A stretch of 64,000 nucleotides of DNA from Pavona decussata. Its lineage: Eukaryota. The position numbers and the translations under genes were made by a program. Within the stretch, counting starts at the first letter, position 1. Every line of letters starts with the position of its first letter. The notes under the pieces are model-generated. The model was given only the letters and a program-made list of their open reading frames with translations. It did not search any database and had not been told where the DNA came from. The stretch is taken from NCBI GenBank assembly GCA_977016875.1, contig CDRNST010000104.1:3782001-3846000 (forward strand). The letters are read 5' to 3'. Shown here one piece after another: positions 12,401 through 24,875 of this stretch.

Positions 12401-15400
12401 CACAATATACATTGCAGTCGCATGTTACAGTCTGAAACAATAGATATCTTTTAGAGTGCTCTCCTGGTCAAAGAGCTTAGCGAGCCGGTGAGATGAAAAA
12501 GATTGGATTACACTTTGCACATGTTTCTTAAACCTGAGGTTGAAATGTATCAAACGTGTTGACCATGGTTCACGGAATTATTTTTAGTCAATACATATTT
12601 TATATAAAAGAAGATTGATAACTATCTTTGATTTTGTATTCAGATCCAACGGATAGAATCTGCTTGAAAGATATCAGTCAAGCAATCGTCACGGAAATGG
12701 CAAACAGGATTTCGGTTGATCCAGATACCGAAAAACAGTTTTGCCAATCCCTCGGGCTTGGTCCTAAGAGCTTGCACCATTCAGAAGTGCTAAGGAATAT
12801 CAGGGAATTATTTCCCGATACGCCTATCAAAGTGTTAAAAGACGTCCTTGAGGCTTTGCAGCTGTTGGAACTCGTAGACCTTTTGGACGAGGCATTAAAA
12901 CAACGGGCACTTCGTCCTGCTCTTCCCCTGAAAGAAATAGAGAAGTTGCCAAATGCCAGAAATAGACCCACAATGCTTTACAGTAAGGCATCAGTTTTGA
13001 TTGTCGATGCAAATGAAAGCGATTCAGGTGGTAATGCTAAACAAATTGAGTCTTTTTTTAAATTTCTTGATTCACGGAACGAAGTAACTACAATAACCGC
13101 GAAGGGGGTGGGAGAAATGAGGAAAATTCTGGAAGAGAAGATGCACAGCAAGCAGGAGATGGAATCGAGAGATTTAAGAGACGAAAATGACGAGAAAGAT
13201 TTAAGAATGCGTTTGCAAACAGAGCGTCTACATCAGGTACAGATGGAGCAGAGAAATCCCACAGTTGAAACAACAACAAGCGAGTCCTCCCCTCGTGAGA
13301 CGGATGGCATTCCGCAGCGGAAAGGGCTCACTGGACAAGAATCTCGGTTAAAAGAGAAACTAGACGAGGTGATGAAAAAGAGAGAACAGTGGGCTATAGA
13401 AGGAAAGCCGAGCATCGAGATGGCGATAAAGCAGAAGGAGGACGAGCTTCAAAAGGCGAAGGAGAAGTTTGAAATGGATCTTTCAACAACCCTGAAGAAA
13501 TGGAAAAGTAAGAAAGGTTGGTTAAAATTAATAATAATTTCTTATGTGATTGTCCCTTTTCAGATTCTCCAGCATTTAGCGTGAATAAACATATTGGCTG
13601 CAAAAGTGGCTCTGCACACCGACTCGTATCCACCAGGGCCCAGTTGTTCAAAGCCCGATTAAGCTAATCCTGGGTTAACGTGAACTTTGAGTCTTTTCTG
13701 TCACTCAACTTAAAAGAAATTTACAGAAAGCTGTAACTCGAACCAAGTTATTGTTCCTCATTCCAATCACAAAGAGTATAAGCATCGTGCGATACTGGAT
13801 GTTGGAGTGACAGTTTGTCACACTCGTCATCCAACTGGTATAACCAATCTTCGTCTTCGACTATGTGATCTATATTATCGAATGCTACTGGTTGAGAAGT
13901 CGGTCCCCTTCCTTGCTTTCTGTTTAGAATAGGTAGCCTTGAAAAGTTCGCTCTGGTTTATCTACAGCCACTTTTCTCTTGAAAACAATCGTGTGTTCTC
14001 CTCCGTTCGAGCATTTCTCATATTTCTCATGTTGATTTCAAGTTGCTGCAGATCAGGTTTACGTATTGGCTCTACCTGTATAAAATCTTGGTTTTAAATA
14101 TTTCTTCACTCAGTATCGCACCCTGCGGGAGGTCTCGGAAAACCAGGGGAAATGTTTTTGGACAATACTTGTCAGGGGCACCCAACGGAATATTTCCGTA
14201 AAATATCTGCTCGGATGGAAGGATCCCTAAAAGTTTCGAAAATTTTCGCCTAGCAATCCTCTAGACTTTTCGAGATTTTTCGGAAAACCATAAGTTGCCC
14301 TAGAATTTTCGGAAATTATGTGTTCACGTTTTAAAACTCCCGTAATTTTCGGATGGTGTTTTTTTGCGCTAAAATTTTCGTACATCGTAACTAGTTTAAA
14401 AGCAGCCCTAGAAATTTCCTTGAGCAATTCAGATATCATCAGGAATGTACATGAACGATAATAGCGCTACTCCGCTAGTATTGGCACTAATGATATTGTA
14501 ATTAGTGCTGTTTAAAAATGCGGCTTCCGTTCTGGTTTCAAAAAATGGGGGTCATTAAGCATAGGATGGAGGCTAGAAATCACCTCTCCATAACGACCAC
14601 ACAATTTTGTTGCTGTTTAACAACGATTCAGACTTAGTAACTAGAACATTTTTTGAAAGGGGTTGGAAGAGAGAAATTGATCACTAGCAGGCAATTCCAA
14701 AACAAAGGGTTTCACGGGTCGTTGATCAATTTTGAACTATTTCCTTTCTTATTTTTTGGACGTAGAGTTCAGCTAACTAGAGTTTTCTACCAAACTTGGG
14801 TGACTTTTCCTCGAATGTATCGTGAACATTTTAGTTATCAATGTTGGCTACGTGTTGCCATGGTAACCACATTGAAAGTTCCCCTAACATATCCGAACAG
14901 ATAAATATTTTTTAGGGCAGCTCCAAATTAACTAAACAGACTTCTAAAGCATGCAGAAATCCGTTTAAGGCACTTCTGACGTATTCGGGACGATTTGGTC
15001 GTTGGGTGCCCCTGACTTGTATTGTATTCCGTCAGCAAATTCTCCTCAAAATAGTTTGCTCTAATTCATTGTCAAGGGCCCCGAAATCAACTCTAAGCTG
15101 TGTGAAAATGATCGTTGGGTCACCTAGATTTGCTGATAAAAATAATGAGGATTTCACAATTTTCGACGCATGGAACATGAAAAAATGCTCCTCTTGTGGA
15201 GTGATACCGAGGTCAGCTCCCCCATTCCTCAGAAATGACAGTAATGGGCGGATACAGTCTTGAAAGATCGAACCCATCTTTTTCAGGCTGTTACTTTCTG
15301 TACATCAGTTTTTAGTCGGCCGTGTGACGATGCCGTCACTTGAGAAGCGTCCTAGTTCCTCCAGTTCTTGGGTTTTGAAGGCCCCAACACATAAAACGAG

Positions 15401-18400
15401 AGAAAGAGGTAACAAAGGAAATGCCTGATTTCGATCTAGGACGATTGTCGGTGAGAAGAATGGAAAACCTTACAACCCAGTCACGACTTAGAATTCCTGG
15501 TTTGTTTTATTTTTATGTTGATCGTAGTAGAGATGGCGCTGTAGAGAGTCAAAACTTTGAGCTGCTTTCTTTCTGTGGACATGGAAGTAATGACGCCGGA
15601 AGCTTCCAGTAGGGTTGACTGTTTAAACTTCCAACCTCTGTTCACAGCAATTAAAACAAATTGTCCTTGTTGGGAGTTATTGATGCAAGACCCTGTGGTG
15701 TATAAACAATGTCAATGTAACTCACACTTACCCTCTCCCACAGAGCATGCTTCACCAACAGGGATTCCTCAAGGCTTTCTGTTTAAAAGAGAAAGCAGCG
15801 CAATGCGCCAGCCTTCAATGACAAGGTGACGTGCGCGAAGAAGAAGATTGGTTACGGCAACAAGTAGATGACTGTCATTCCAGCTTCCAATATACTACGA
15901 TGCTTACAATCTTGGTGATTTGTATCGAGACCAGACGCTTGGTTCATTCAACCCTTTCTAGAACGGGCTTTTATTGGTCAGTGAACACTAACCGAGCACA
16001 TCGAATTTTTCCCAGATACGTTTCTGACGGCTTTGCCAACAATAAAAACGTTTTTCAAGTTCAAGGTCGCCGCGGGTAGTCTGAAATGTCAGCCGTCTCC
16101 TCCCCCTAACCCACAGGGGGCGCGGGAGAGAGACGTTTGAATTCCGAGCGTTATAATGTCGTCCGTTGACGTCACGTACTTTGGCGAATATGGTAGGTAG
16201 TTTTTGATTGGTTCTTACCTAATTGAAATAGATAACCATTTCTTATTGGTCGAACTTGCGAAAACAGATATTTCATTTCGGCGGCGAATATAAAGTGTTG
16301 ACAGGCCAGACACAACTCGTAAGTTCCTGGTGTGAAAAGTGACTTCTCGTTTAACGTAGTTTTGCTCTCACGAGTATATCTCTTAAAGATTTTCCTTTTT
16401 GGTAAGAGATAAGTGGGAGGCTCTTTCAATATTTCTCGAGCCGTATGGTAAGTTGTGAAGAAGGGAAGAATTTTATTTCGCACTTTCTCGTTTTGTTGTA
16501 AAGCCGACTTCCGTTCAGTGAATTTAGTCTCAGAGGTTATTTTTTCAATGAGATTGTGTTGATAGCCTCTTGCCTGAAGGCGCGTTTTGAGGTTGGTGGT
16601 ATTGCAATAGAATGATTTCACTGAGTAGTTGGCTCTCAGAAGTCTCAGCGATTCTACAATCATGCGGGAATCCTTGAGCCCGCAGAGACCTTCCAGTACA
16701 GATTTTTCTTCCTGCCACCAACCGGGGTCAGAAAAGCCGGGACTAATAAAAGTGAAGCGCTGAGAACTTCTTCGAAACACCTCCTCTGCAAAATAATTCT
16801 ATTACAACATCATCCACTTCAAAACGCACTTTTGGGCTAGAGGCTACCCTCACAATCTCATTGAAGAAATAACCTCTGATTTTCACCGAACGGAAGTCGG
16901 CTTTACAACAAAACGATAAAGTGCGAAACAAAATTCTTTCTTTTGTCACAACTTACCACCCGGCGTTGCACGCTTAACCTCAAAAACATCTTGAGGAGCA
17001 CATGACTTTTAATTCAAAACCAACCATTATTCTGAAGGACCTACGCTTTTTTCATACAAAAAAAAAAAACCGTCAAAAAAAGCAAAACCATAACGAGAAG
17101 CCACATTTCATACCACCATACCACGGCCACGTTAATATAAGTCGTGTCTGGCCTGTCAACATTTTATTTACTAATAGCATTTCTCGGAACATTTTTCGAT
17201 TCATCTTCAGTGGAAAATGAAGTACGATCCCGTGCATACATTGTTGATGCATTGCCTTCAAATTTTACGGCTAACAAAACGCACACAACCTCCTACATTA
17301 TGCATGCTGCAATGCACGCCGCGCGCTTCCATGACTCGTGGCCGCCATTTTGTTTCAAAGGTTTTATTTATGCAAAATTGCATGAATTACTGTGTGACGT
17401 CAACGGACGACATTATAACGCTCGGAATTCAGACGTTTCTCTCTCCTGCGCCCCCTGTGGGTTAGGGGGAGGAGACGGCTGACATTTCAGACTACGCCGC
17501 GAGCAGAATCTGCACCTTCTCCGGTCTAGATCCAGTTAGTATTGAAATATTGACAACAAATCGTATCATGCGATATTCGCAGGATAATTGTTAATTATCC
17601 GGGATTAAAACATAACCTCACATTTCTCTCATAAATACCACTCCTCGCCATTCAATTCTGTGGTAGAGCAGCCGTGCTAGCAATCGGAAGATGATTGGTT
17701 CCAGACCATGTTGGGAGAACTCGGATTTCTTTTTTCGAGTGTGCCTGTGTCACTTACTGAAAAAATTTCGACATTTAAATACTGGCAGTGTGTAGGATGT
17801 TTGCTACATGAAACTACAATCAAGGACATTTTCTTTAAGTCAAAATGTTTGAGACAAATTCTCATTCTAAGGGTTTCCCTACGCACGCGACAGAAACACG
17901 GTACGCGCAAACGAAAAATCTCCGTTCCCTACCTTACCCCTCCTACTTCACCCCTTACAATTTTTACTGAGCCCGTGTGGGGAAAGGTGTGGGGTAGTAA
18001 AATGGGTTGTAAAAGGATAACATGCCTTCTTTGGTTAGGTTACATTAGCACATCCTTTCCCTCGGTGACCTCTCTCTTCCTGCCCCTTCTCCGGTGGCTT
18101 CCACTACCATTGGCTTTTTCTTTAACTTGTGTGCTACAACCTTTCCTATGAACACTCACACAGGCGACAGGCTATACTATAATTCTATGCAAGATGCTGG
18201 TTTTTCCACACCCTCCGTAGTCCGTTCTCCCGCAGACTTTCCTCGTTTCATCTATTTCATCTTCTACTTCGTGAAAAATGTTTAAACTCGGCATAATGTT
18301 TAATGGGTTCAATACGCCTCTTTCAATACATTTTGTTGCAGCCTGAATTTTTTTTTACTTTTTTTTCTATCTGTTACAGATGGAAAATCTACCCTTTTTG

Positions 18401-18798
18401 CCATATTTGAAAGATATGATGCACGTTTCCGGCTTAACCTATACGATATGGATGTCCGTGAGATGATGACATCTGTAACACAAGAATTGGCCGACATTCC
18501 AGATTGTACGAAGTTATGGATACATTCTTATAAGTTTAATCACGGACATAGAGAAAATATTACAGAGACTCTTCGACTGTCCTGTGCCCCCAGTATAATG
18601 TCTGATGTTGTGGCCACCATCCTGAAGGTTTTTTACAAGCGCTGGGAGACACTGGACATAGTTTCAATGATGAAGGAGGTTGAAAGGACGGTCATCAGAG
18701 ATAAATCCACCATTCCTAGTGGTCGGCTGCCAAAAGTGATGATAACTGATAGTTTGTCCACTCTTCCCAGACTTCAGAAAAAGGAGGAAGTTCCATAA
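9466..18798 (+). CDS. Paralog 1 (5'-partial) of the DED/TRADD-N-like/death-like/pseudo-caspase gene; exons 9466-9846, 10879-11208, 12644-13516, 18380-18798
   Basis: Four exons with canonical AG/GT boundaries, all phase 1, splice into one open frame, each homologous to exons 3-6 of paralog 2. The DED exons were not found in the window. Confidence 0.8.
14173..15014. mobile_element. Non-autonomous hAT-like DNA transposon with 6-bp TSD
   Basis: Perfect 15-bp TIR CAGGGGCACCCAACG, flanked by ACTTGT on both sides (14167-14172, 15015-15020). Confidence 0.85.
16077..17494. mobile_element. Non-autonomous TIR element (TAG...CTA ends, ~100-bp TIR, 9-bp TSD; Academ-like)
   Basis: 16077-~16175 mirrors ~17394-17494. 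TSD CGCCGCGGG / CGCCGCGAG. Confidence 0.8.
16280..17010. mobile_element. Penelope-like retroelement fragment with inverted duplication, nested in the TIR element
   Basis: FQY.DFSSCH.PGV..GLIK.EALRLLR...ARGYPHNLIE...TERKSALQQ...FVTTYHPAL on plus (~16686-16970); the same segment on minus (~16450-16660). Confidence 0.75.
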
Positions 18799-20399
18799 AT
18801 AATGAAGTACTTCGGCCCTCCCCTATTTGTTTTGCGGCCACACTTTCTGGATGAGAGAACCTGGTGTCCCGTTGGCACTAGAAAAAAAAACATTTACAAC
18901 TAGCAATAACAGTACTGATGATGATATTGTTGATAATGACAGTGATAGCGATACTAGTAGTCAACAACAACAACAACAACAACAATTTATTTACAAATTC
19001 AGATGATACAAGGGGCTTGTCCCGCAAATAGCCACAAAGCTAGTCGAGGCGGGACAAGACGACCACGAGAGCATAATGGAAAAAAAATTACAATAAATTG
19101 CAAACATGCTGGAAAACGGAAAAACTTAACTTTACAACTCAGATTTAGATAAGGCTATGCAACAAAATTAAAGTAAATTATATGTAATTTTTTATTATCA
19201 TTAATATTACAGTAGAAAAGAGATGAAGAGGGAAAAGGAAATCAGATTATACTAGCAAAGGGAAGGACATGGATGATCAGTTTCAAGTACATCAAATAAC
19301 ATTAGAAGTCATAGTACTTAATGCTAATGATAAATATAATTTAACAAATTGCTTCCGAGCATTAGGCGACAGCGCACCTATTGTTAATATGTTGTCAAGT
19401 CTCTACATTCTTGTTTGTCTGTTCAGCCAGGGGAAACCGGTGCAAAATTGTGTTAACTGGGGGGATTTCAGGGTTTCAAATATGTTACAAACTTGATACA
19501 AACAAGCAGTGTTTCTCAGAGCGCGATCAACGAAAGAAAATACAAGCCCGGGAAAAACAGATATGTCTGATCGCTGGTTAGAAAGAAGTGACGGAATCGA
19601 TAAGTACTGTTTACTTTTTTCCGGAACAAGGAAAAGTTAATTTCGTTTTAAGTTTTGACCTTGCGACTTCCATATTATATACATTCAACAGTATTTTTAA
19701 AATTGATTAACAAGCAGTTTCTAACGAACATAAAAGAAACATGTTCTACTTTTAGTTTTGTTCTGATTTAGCGTATAAAGTTCCACTGAAGTAAAACTTG
19801 TTGATTTCAAGTGCAACGTAATTTTATAAGGATTAAACGATTTATAATGAATAAATTCAGTTGTTTATAAAAAATGACGCTTTTGTGTTTCAAGATTTTC
19901 ATTTTTGAATGGGCTTCAGTTTCCAAGCCAATTTGTGGTGGTCAAATTTATTTTCCTGAAAGGAAAATTGTATGCGCGGTTGCGCGTATGCGCGATCCTT
20001 TCCCACAAAGGAGTAAAGGACAAAACACGTTACTAGCATAAAAAGGTTTCCAAGGGAAGCCGTTTACTTCAGTTCTCAGAATGGCCGGCTATTCAACTTT
20101 CCCTGAAAGGCTTCGGAGCAAATGCAGCCGCAAAGTATACCGGCCAGCCTGCTGAAGGCATTCATTTGCCGAGTGCTGGGCATCACTTTAACCTTGAATA
20201 TTAAACATTGATTGTATAAACTAATGATTTTATCTATTGTATTATCGTATTAGCATATTAGCATTCATTATTTTGGAGTATTTTAGTTTTTGTAGCCACC
20301 TTTTTATATTTTTATTATTAGAGAAGTCTTGGAGAAACATTTTGAAAATAAAAATTAGCGAAATGATTAGTAACGAAAAACGTTTCACCGTCAAATTGC

Positions 20400-20850
20400 A
20401 TTGTCAAATTCAAAATGCACGAAGCTCATCACATTTCATTTTAAACTCATGCATGCACAGGCGGATAGCAACCAACACTTTTTTTAAACAAAATCGGAAT
20501 AAAGGATTCGGACAAGTGTAGCTTTTGTGAAAATGAACCAGTACACTTACTCCACTTATTTTGGAATTGTCCAAAAACTAGCCCTTTTTGGAACAATCTA
20601 ATTACGTGGCTCTCCCTTTTCAGTGTTATTTTAAAAGATTTCCATCTTAACTCTGCAGCTCTAGGATTAAGGCAATCTCTATCCGCTAACTACAAGATAT
20701 GTCATTTGGCAATGTAAACTCATTCAACGCACTCCCGATCTACAAGGCTACCTTAGCCTACTAAAGGATACAAAGATCTAGATCTTGAATCTAATAAGCC
20801 AGCATCAACTAATCCAAAAATATGGGACACTTTAAATAAATGGATATAGA
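20400..20850 (+). mobile_element. L1/Tx1-clade LINE ORF2 3' remnant
   Basis: IATN....IGIKDSDKCSFCENEP..LLHLFWNC....FW zinc-finger tail, frameshifted. Confidence 0.7.
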
Positions 20851-21171
20851 ACCCAAAAATCACTCTCACTTCCTTGTTTATGTCCTCTCACACACAAACA
20901 AACCTTATAAACTTTAATAAACTTTAACTTACGGTGAAAGCAACTCATACATCCTTTCAGCCAAAAATTCACTTTTTTGTATGATTATTTTTTAATCGTA
21001 CCAGGTACTACTGTACGCAATTTTTTTCCTGCACATATGCTATAATCCGTTCATTGTAAATCTAATTTGTGTTCAGGAAAAGTAAGTATTGTTAGCATTA
21101 TAAGTTTTGCAATCATCTAAACTAGTGAGCAGCACTCTGCGAACTGTAGTTATATATTAACTTCTTTATTT

Positions 21172-21214
21172 CTCCTACGCGTTTCGTGTGACTAACGCAC
21201 ACTTCGTCAGGGCG
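21172..21214 (-). ncRNA. Minimal type I hammerhead ribozyme motif
   Basis: cgcc-CTGACGA-aGTGTG-cgttagt-CACAC-GAAAC-gc-GTA-ggag: conserved core, stem II, palindromic ACGCGT stem III. Confidence 0.7.
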
Positions 21215-21359
21215 TTTAACAGTACAACATGATGCGCTGTATATATACCTAACTCATGCTCGGCAAGGTGTGACATACTTTGTGCGTGATATAATTTTGG
21301 GGCCCACAGTTTAGCATGAGTTAGGTATATATACAGGCGCATCATGTTGTATTGTTAAA

Positions 21360-21402
21360 CTCCCTGACAAAGAGTGGGTTAGTCACACGAAACGCGTAGG
21401 AG
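21360..21402 (+). ncRNA. Second hammerhead copy with a core mutation (CTGACAA)
   Basis: ctcc-CTGACAA-agagtg...cacac-GAAAC-gc-GTA-ggag; mirror copy of 21172-21214. Confidence 0.55.
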
Positions 21403-21629
21403 AAATAAAGAAGTTATACAACTACAGTTCGCAGAGTGCTGCTCACTAGTTTAGTTTTTATTAAATTGTGTTTTCACTCCAGATGTTTACCAGTGGCTGA
21501 TCTTTTATGCTCTTCAACGCGTAGGTGAAGGTGTAGGCGAGTATAGCCGACATAGTCCTTACGATTAAGAGGAAGGACGCCCACAAGCCGCACCGTTAAC
21601 ACAAAGGTGATATTTATAGCTGTACTGAA

Positions 21630-22650
21630 CTTTCGATGGGGACATTGGTTAATAGCGACTTTACGTCTAATGACACGATGATCTCGTGATACTGGATCCT
21701 CTCACTAGTGATAGTGTATGTAAAGTGAGGATCTATGGTTTACCTAAGATCCACAAGTTTCGGCGTACCGTTAAGAGCTACTATGTCGTGAATCAACACC
21801 TTTGATAATGGTTTGTATGCTTTTCTGGATGACATCTTGTCTCCTTCATGGAGAACCCTCATGGAAAACACTAATGGGATTTGACCTCGTTGGTTAAAAA
21901 TGGTGAAATAAGACCTTCACTTATGACATCAAATTCGTGTGATACCTCCCCTTTAACAGATCCCTCGCACTTCAGGTGACAAACTCTGCCCACTTTAGTA
22001 TCACCATCAGTAGTGAGAAGATCCAGGACCACGAAATCATAGCCATGGTGTCATTCGACCTAGAAACGCTGTTTACTAACGTTCCTATCGAATGCGCTGT
22101 ACGCGTCGCGTTACAAAAGCTGGAGGGTGACCCACCCTTTCTAACCACACAATAACACCTGCTCAAATTGCATACTTCTATTATAATGAATCGATCTACA
22201 AAACAAACGGAAGGTACAGCTATTGATATCCCAGTTTCTGCGGTTATTACTCACCTCCACATGAACATGCTTGAAGAACAGGCAATAACAACCGCATAGT
22301 ACAAGCCCGAGTTCTGGAAGCGCTACGTATAGATGACATGCAACCCCTGAAACAAGTCAGTGTTACCAATTTTCTGTCTTGACAGCCAGCAGACCTCAAA
22401 CCGTTTCACCACGGAGACCAAGACTGACAGCAATATCGCCTTCCTGCACACGTCAGTTTCGAGAGTACCAGAAGGCTGCCTCACCACCAGTGTCCGCAGA
22501 CAACCGGCACACACTGATCAATTGACTTAGCGTATGATGCAAACTACCCTCAATCAGTAAAACGCGGTCTTGTCAAGTGCTTATATGACCGGAGAAACAT
22601 GTTGGGACCCGACCATCAGCTTTCTCTAAGAAGAAGAAACAATCATCATT
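21630..22650 (+). mobile_element. Penelope-like RT remnant, with a short inverted piece at 21630-21720
   Basis: YGLPKIHK..VPLR, DHE..MVSFD.ETLFTNVPIE, PVSAVI, FWKRYV.D, QSVKRGLVKCLYDR, with many lesions. Confidence 0.8.
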
Positions 22651-22739
22651 TTACTTTTTTCTAGAAGCTGTCCAAGACCCAACTCAAAGATTACTCGTCC
22701 AGGTGTAGTATTTGTACTAGTTATCGGCCTGAACAATGT

Positions 22740-23140
22740 GAAGAGACACTAAACCTCCTGATGTGCCTAATTTACCTTGAGAAAAAGTCTGGGTTAATAA
22801 TTTGTGATGAGTAGGACGACCCTTCTTGATAGCTATGGATTATTCTTCTGGTTATTTTGAGCTACGGGATATGAGTAGCACCACATGCATTCGTGTCATC
22901 ATTGTTTTGAAGCTATGGTACTCTAGGCATGGTATTCCTGTGATAGTTATCAGTGACAATAGGACCCCATTCAACAGCGAAAACTTCGAGACCTTCAGAA
23001 GGGAATAAGACTTTCACCACATCAATCTTTTATTATGCAGATGGCATGACTGTGTCGAAAATTCGTCAAGACCTGTAAGTCGTTGGCGACAAAAGCTCGT
23101 GCTGATAAGCGTGACTTGTTACTTGCGTTATGAACGACTC
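22740..23140 (+). mobile_element. Gypsy-type integrase core remnant
   Basis: DYSSGYFE...STT...LK.W.SRHGIP..VISDN.TPFNSENF. Confidence 0.75.
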
Positions 23141-23485
23141 TCCTGTTCAGCTACTATAGCTAATACTTCAATTTGTCTATTTATGCGTAGCCACCTTTTT
23201 TAACACATGAACACTGAGACAGAGATGAAAAGTAATTTTGTTTTTTTCCCTTGCATGTGTTAACTATTAAAGTAAGCAAGGAAGGGGGCATAACGAGTGT
23301 AATTAGATGAAGTAGTGGTCTTCTCCGCAACTTTTTCTTGGTAGAAGTTAAGTTTGTTTGCAGACTTGTGTTTTCTCTCCTTCTGTAGATCCAACTGACA
23401 AATTAAGAAACAGCAAAAACATTGCAAACAACACTAACAACAAAAAAACGAACACTAAACACGAAAAAAAGAAACCCGGAAAAAA

Positions 23486-23604
23486 TAACGAGCTAACTAA
23501 CGGACGAACGAACGAACGATCGAACGAACGAACGAACGAACGAACTAACGAACTAACGAACTAACGAACTAACGAACTAACGAACTAACGAACTAACGAA
23601 CTAA
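23486..23604. repeat. (AACG)n/(AACGAACT)n simple repeat running into an assembly gap
   Basis: Direct inspection. Confidence 0.95.
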
Positions 23605-24319
23605 NNNNNNNNNNNNNNNNNNNNNNNNNNNNNNNNNNNNNNNNNNNNNNNNNNNNNNNNNNNNNNNNNNNNNNNNNNNNNNNNNNNNNNNNNNNNNNNN
23701 NNNNNNNNNNNNNNNNNNNNNNNNNNNNNNNNNNNNNNNNNNNNNNNNNNNNNNNNNNNNNNNNNNNNCCAACTAACTAAAAAAACAATATAGAAAGAAA
23801 GAAAGAAAGAACTACTAATAAGCAGTTGTGACTCTGGTTCTCTGCAATTTGTTTGTTTGTTTGTTTATTTTAGCCACATCTCTACGAAGTAGTCTATGAA
23901 ACGAGACTACGTTAACTAGAACCTATAAAATATATAAATAGATAAATAAATAAATAAATAAGAATACGCTGAATTACCACTATACTCATGACACTTGGCA
24001 TTAAATTAACATTTTACTTCCCGATTTCGGAATGAATGCCACGACCTCTTCTTGTTTGACGATTGTTGACATCATAAGTTTCTCGATTTGAGAACAAAAG
24101 ACCTTTGATGATCCCTTTGATGACGAGATTAGTCTCGTACCAAAATGTGCCGTGGGAGATCTGGGTACAAGATTAGAGATAAGCGTGATGAACAATTTGA
24201 AGAAATTTTGTTGCGTGACAGCTGACAAGTGGAGTGCCCGAACACGTCCCACCATTTTGGATTGAGAGCCAAACGGAATCGAATTGTCTCAATACTGAGA
24301 CAATTAATCAAAATTGGAA

Positions 24320-24875
24320 ATGTCTAAAATTGAATACAACAATATACTTTTTCAAATAAGCCGGAGACTGGAGGAGCTGGATGTACGCAGACAGCTACTT
24401 GCCATGTGCAGAGGCAAAATAGCGTCTCGAAGCGAAGACAATATGCAAGATGTCTTCTCGCTGTTTGAGGAACTGGAGGAGAAGGGCTTTTTAGGACCTG
24501 ACAACCTTGAGATGGTGAAAGAGCTACTGGAAGGTGTAGAAGAATGGCATCTCTTTGGAAAAGTCGAAAACTGCGAAAGTAGAAGAAAGGAGTACATGGA
24601 TTTCCTTGAACCGATCATTCGAGCGCTCGACGAAATCAATGATTTGGAACGGCTGCTTTCTATGTGCAGAGGGAAGATACCAGAAGAAAGCCAAGGCAAC
24701 ATCAACGATACTCGGTCATTATTCGACGTGCTAGAGGACAATAACTGGCTAGGAATTAATCGTCTCGGCATTTTGAAGGAAATTTTGACCGAATTGGAGA
24801 AAGAAGATCTGGTAAAGGAATTGGAAGAATTCGAGAAACGAAGGCTTGAAGACAAGAAGTCTAAAAGTAGAAAAG
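24320..24875 (+). CDS. Exon 1 of paralog 2: two tandem death effector domains
   Basis: Two ~85-aa repeats with the DED pattern (Y..IL.QIS..L....L..MC..KI......LF..LE....LG.DNL..VKELL / KEDL..LEEFE). Confidence 0.9.

Larger units (their letters stand above)
21117..21453. repeat. Inverted repeat (~140-bp arms, ~50-bp spacer); Penelope pLTR-like
   Basis: 21117-21260 is the reverse complement of 21313-21453 with few mismatches, and it abuts a Penelope RT remnant. Confidence 0.85.

Noticed and set aside
18380-18798. Calling the gene an active caspase-8 or a true CFLAR ortholog
   Set aside because: No HG or QACxG motif, extra domains present, and orthology cannot be shown from sequence alone, so no gene symbol was assigned.
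23486-23604. Regular short repeats as a possible CRISPR or telomere-like array
   Set aside because: Pure 4/8-bp microsatellite with no spacers, in a eukaryotic context.
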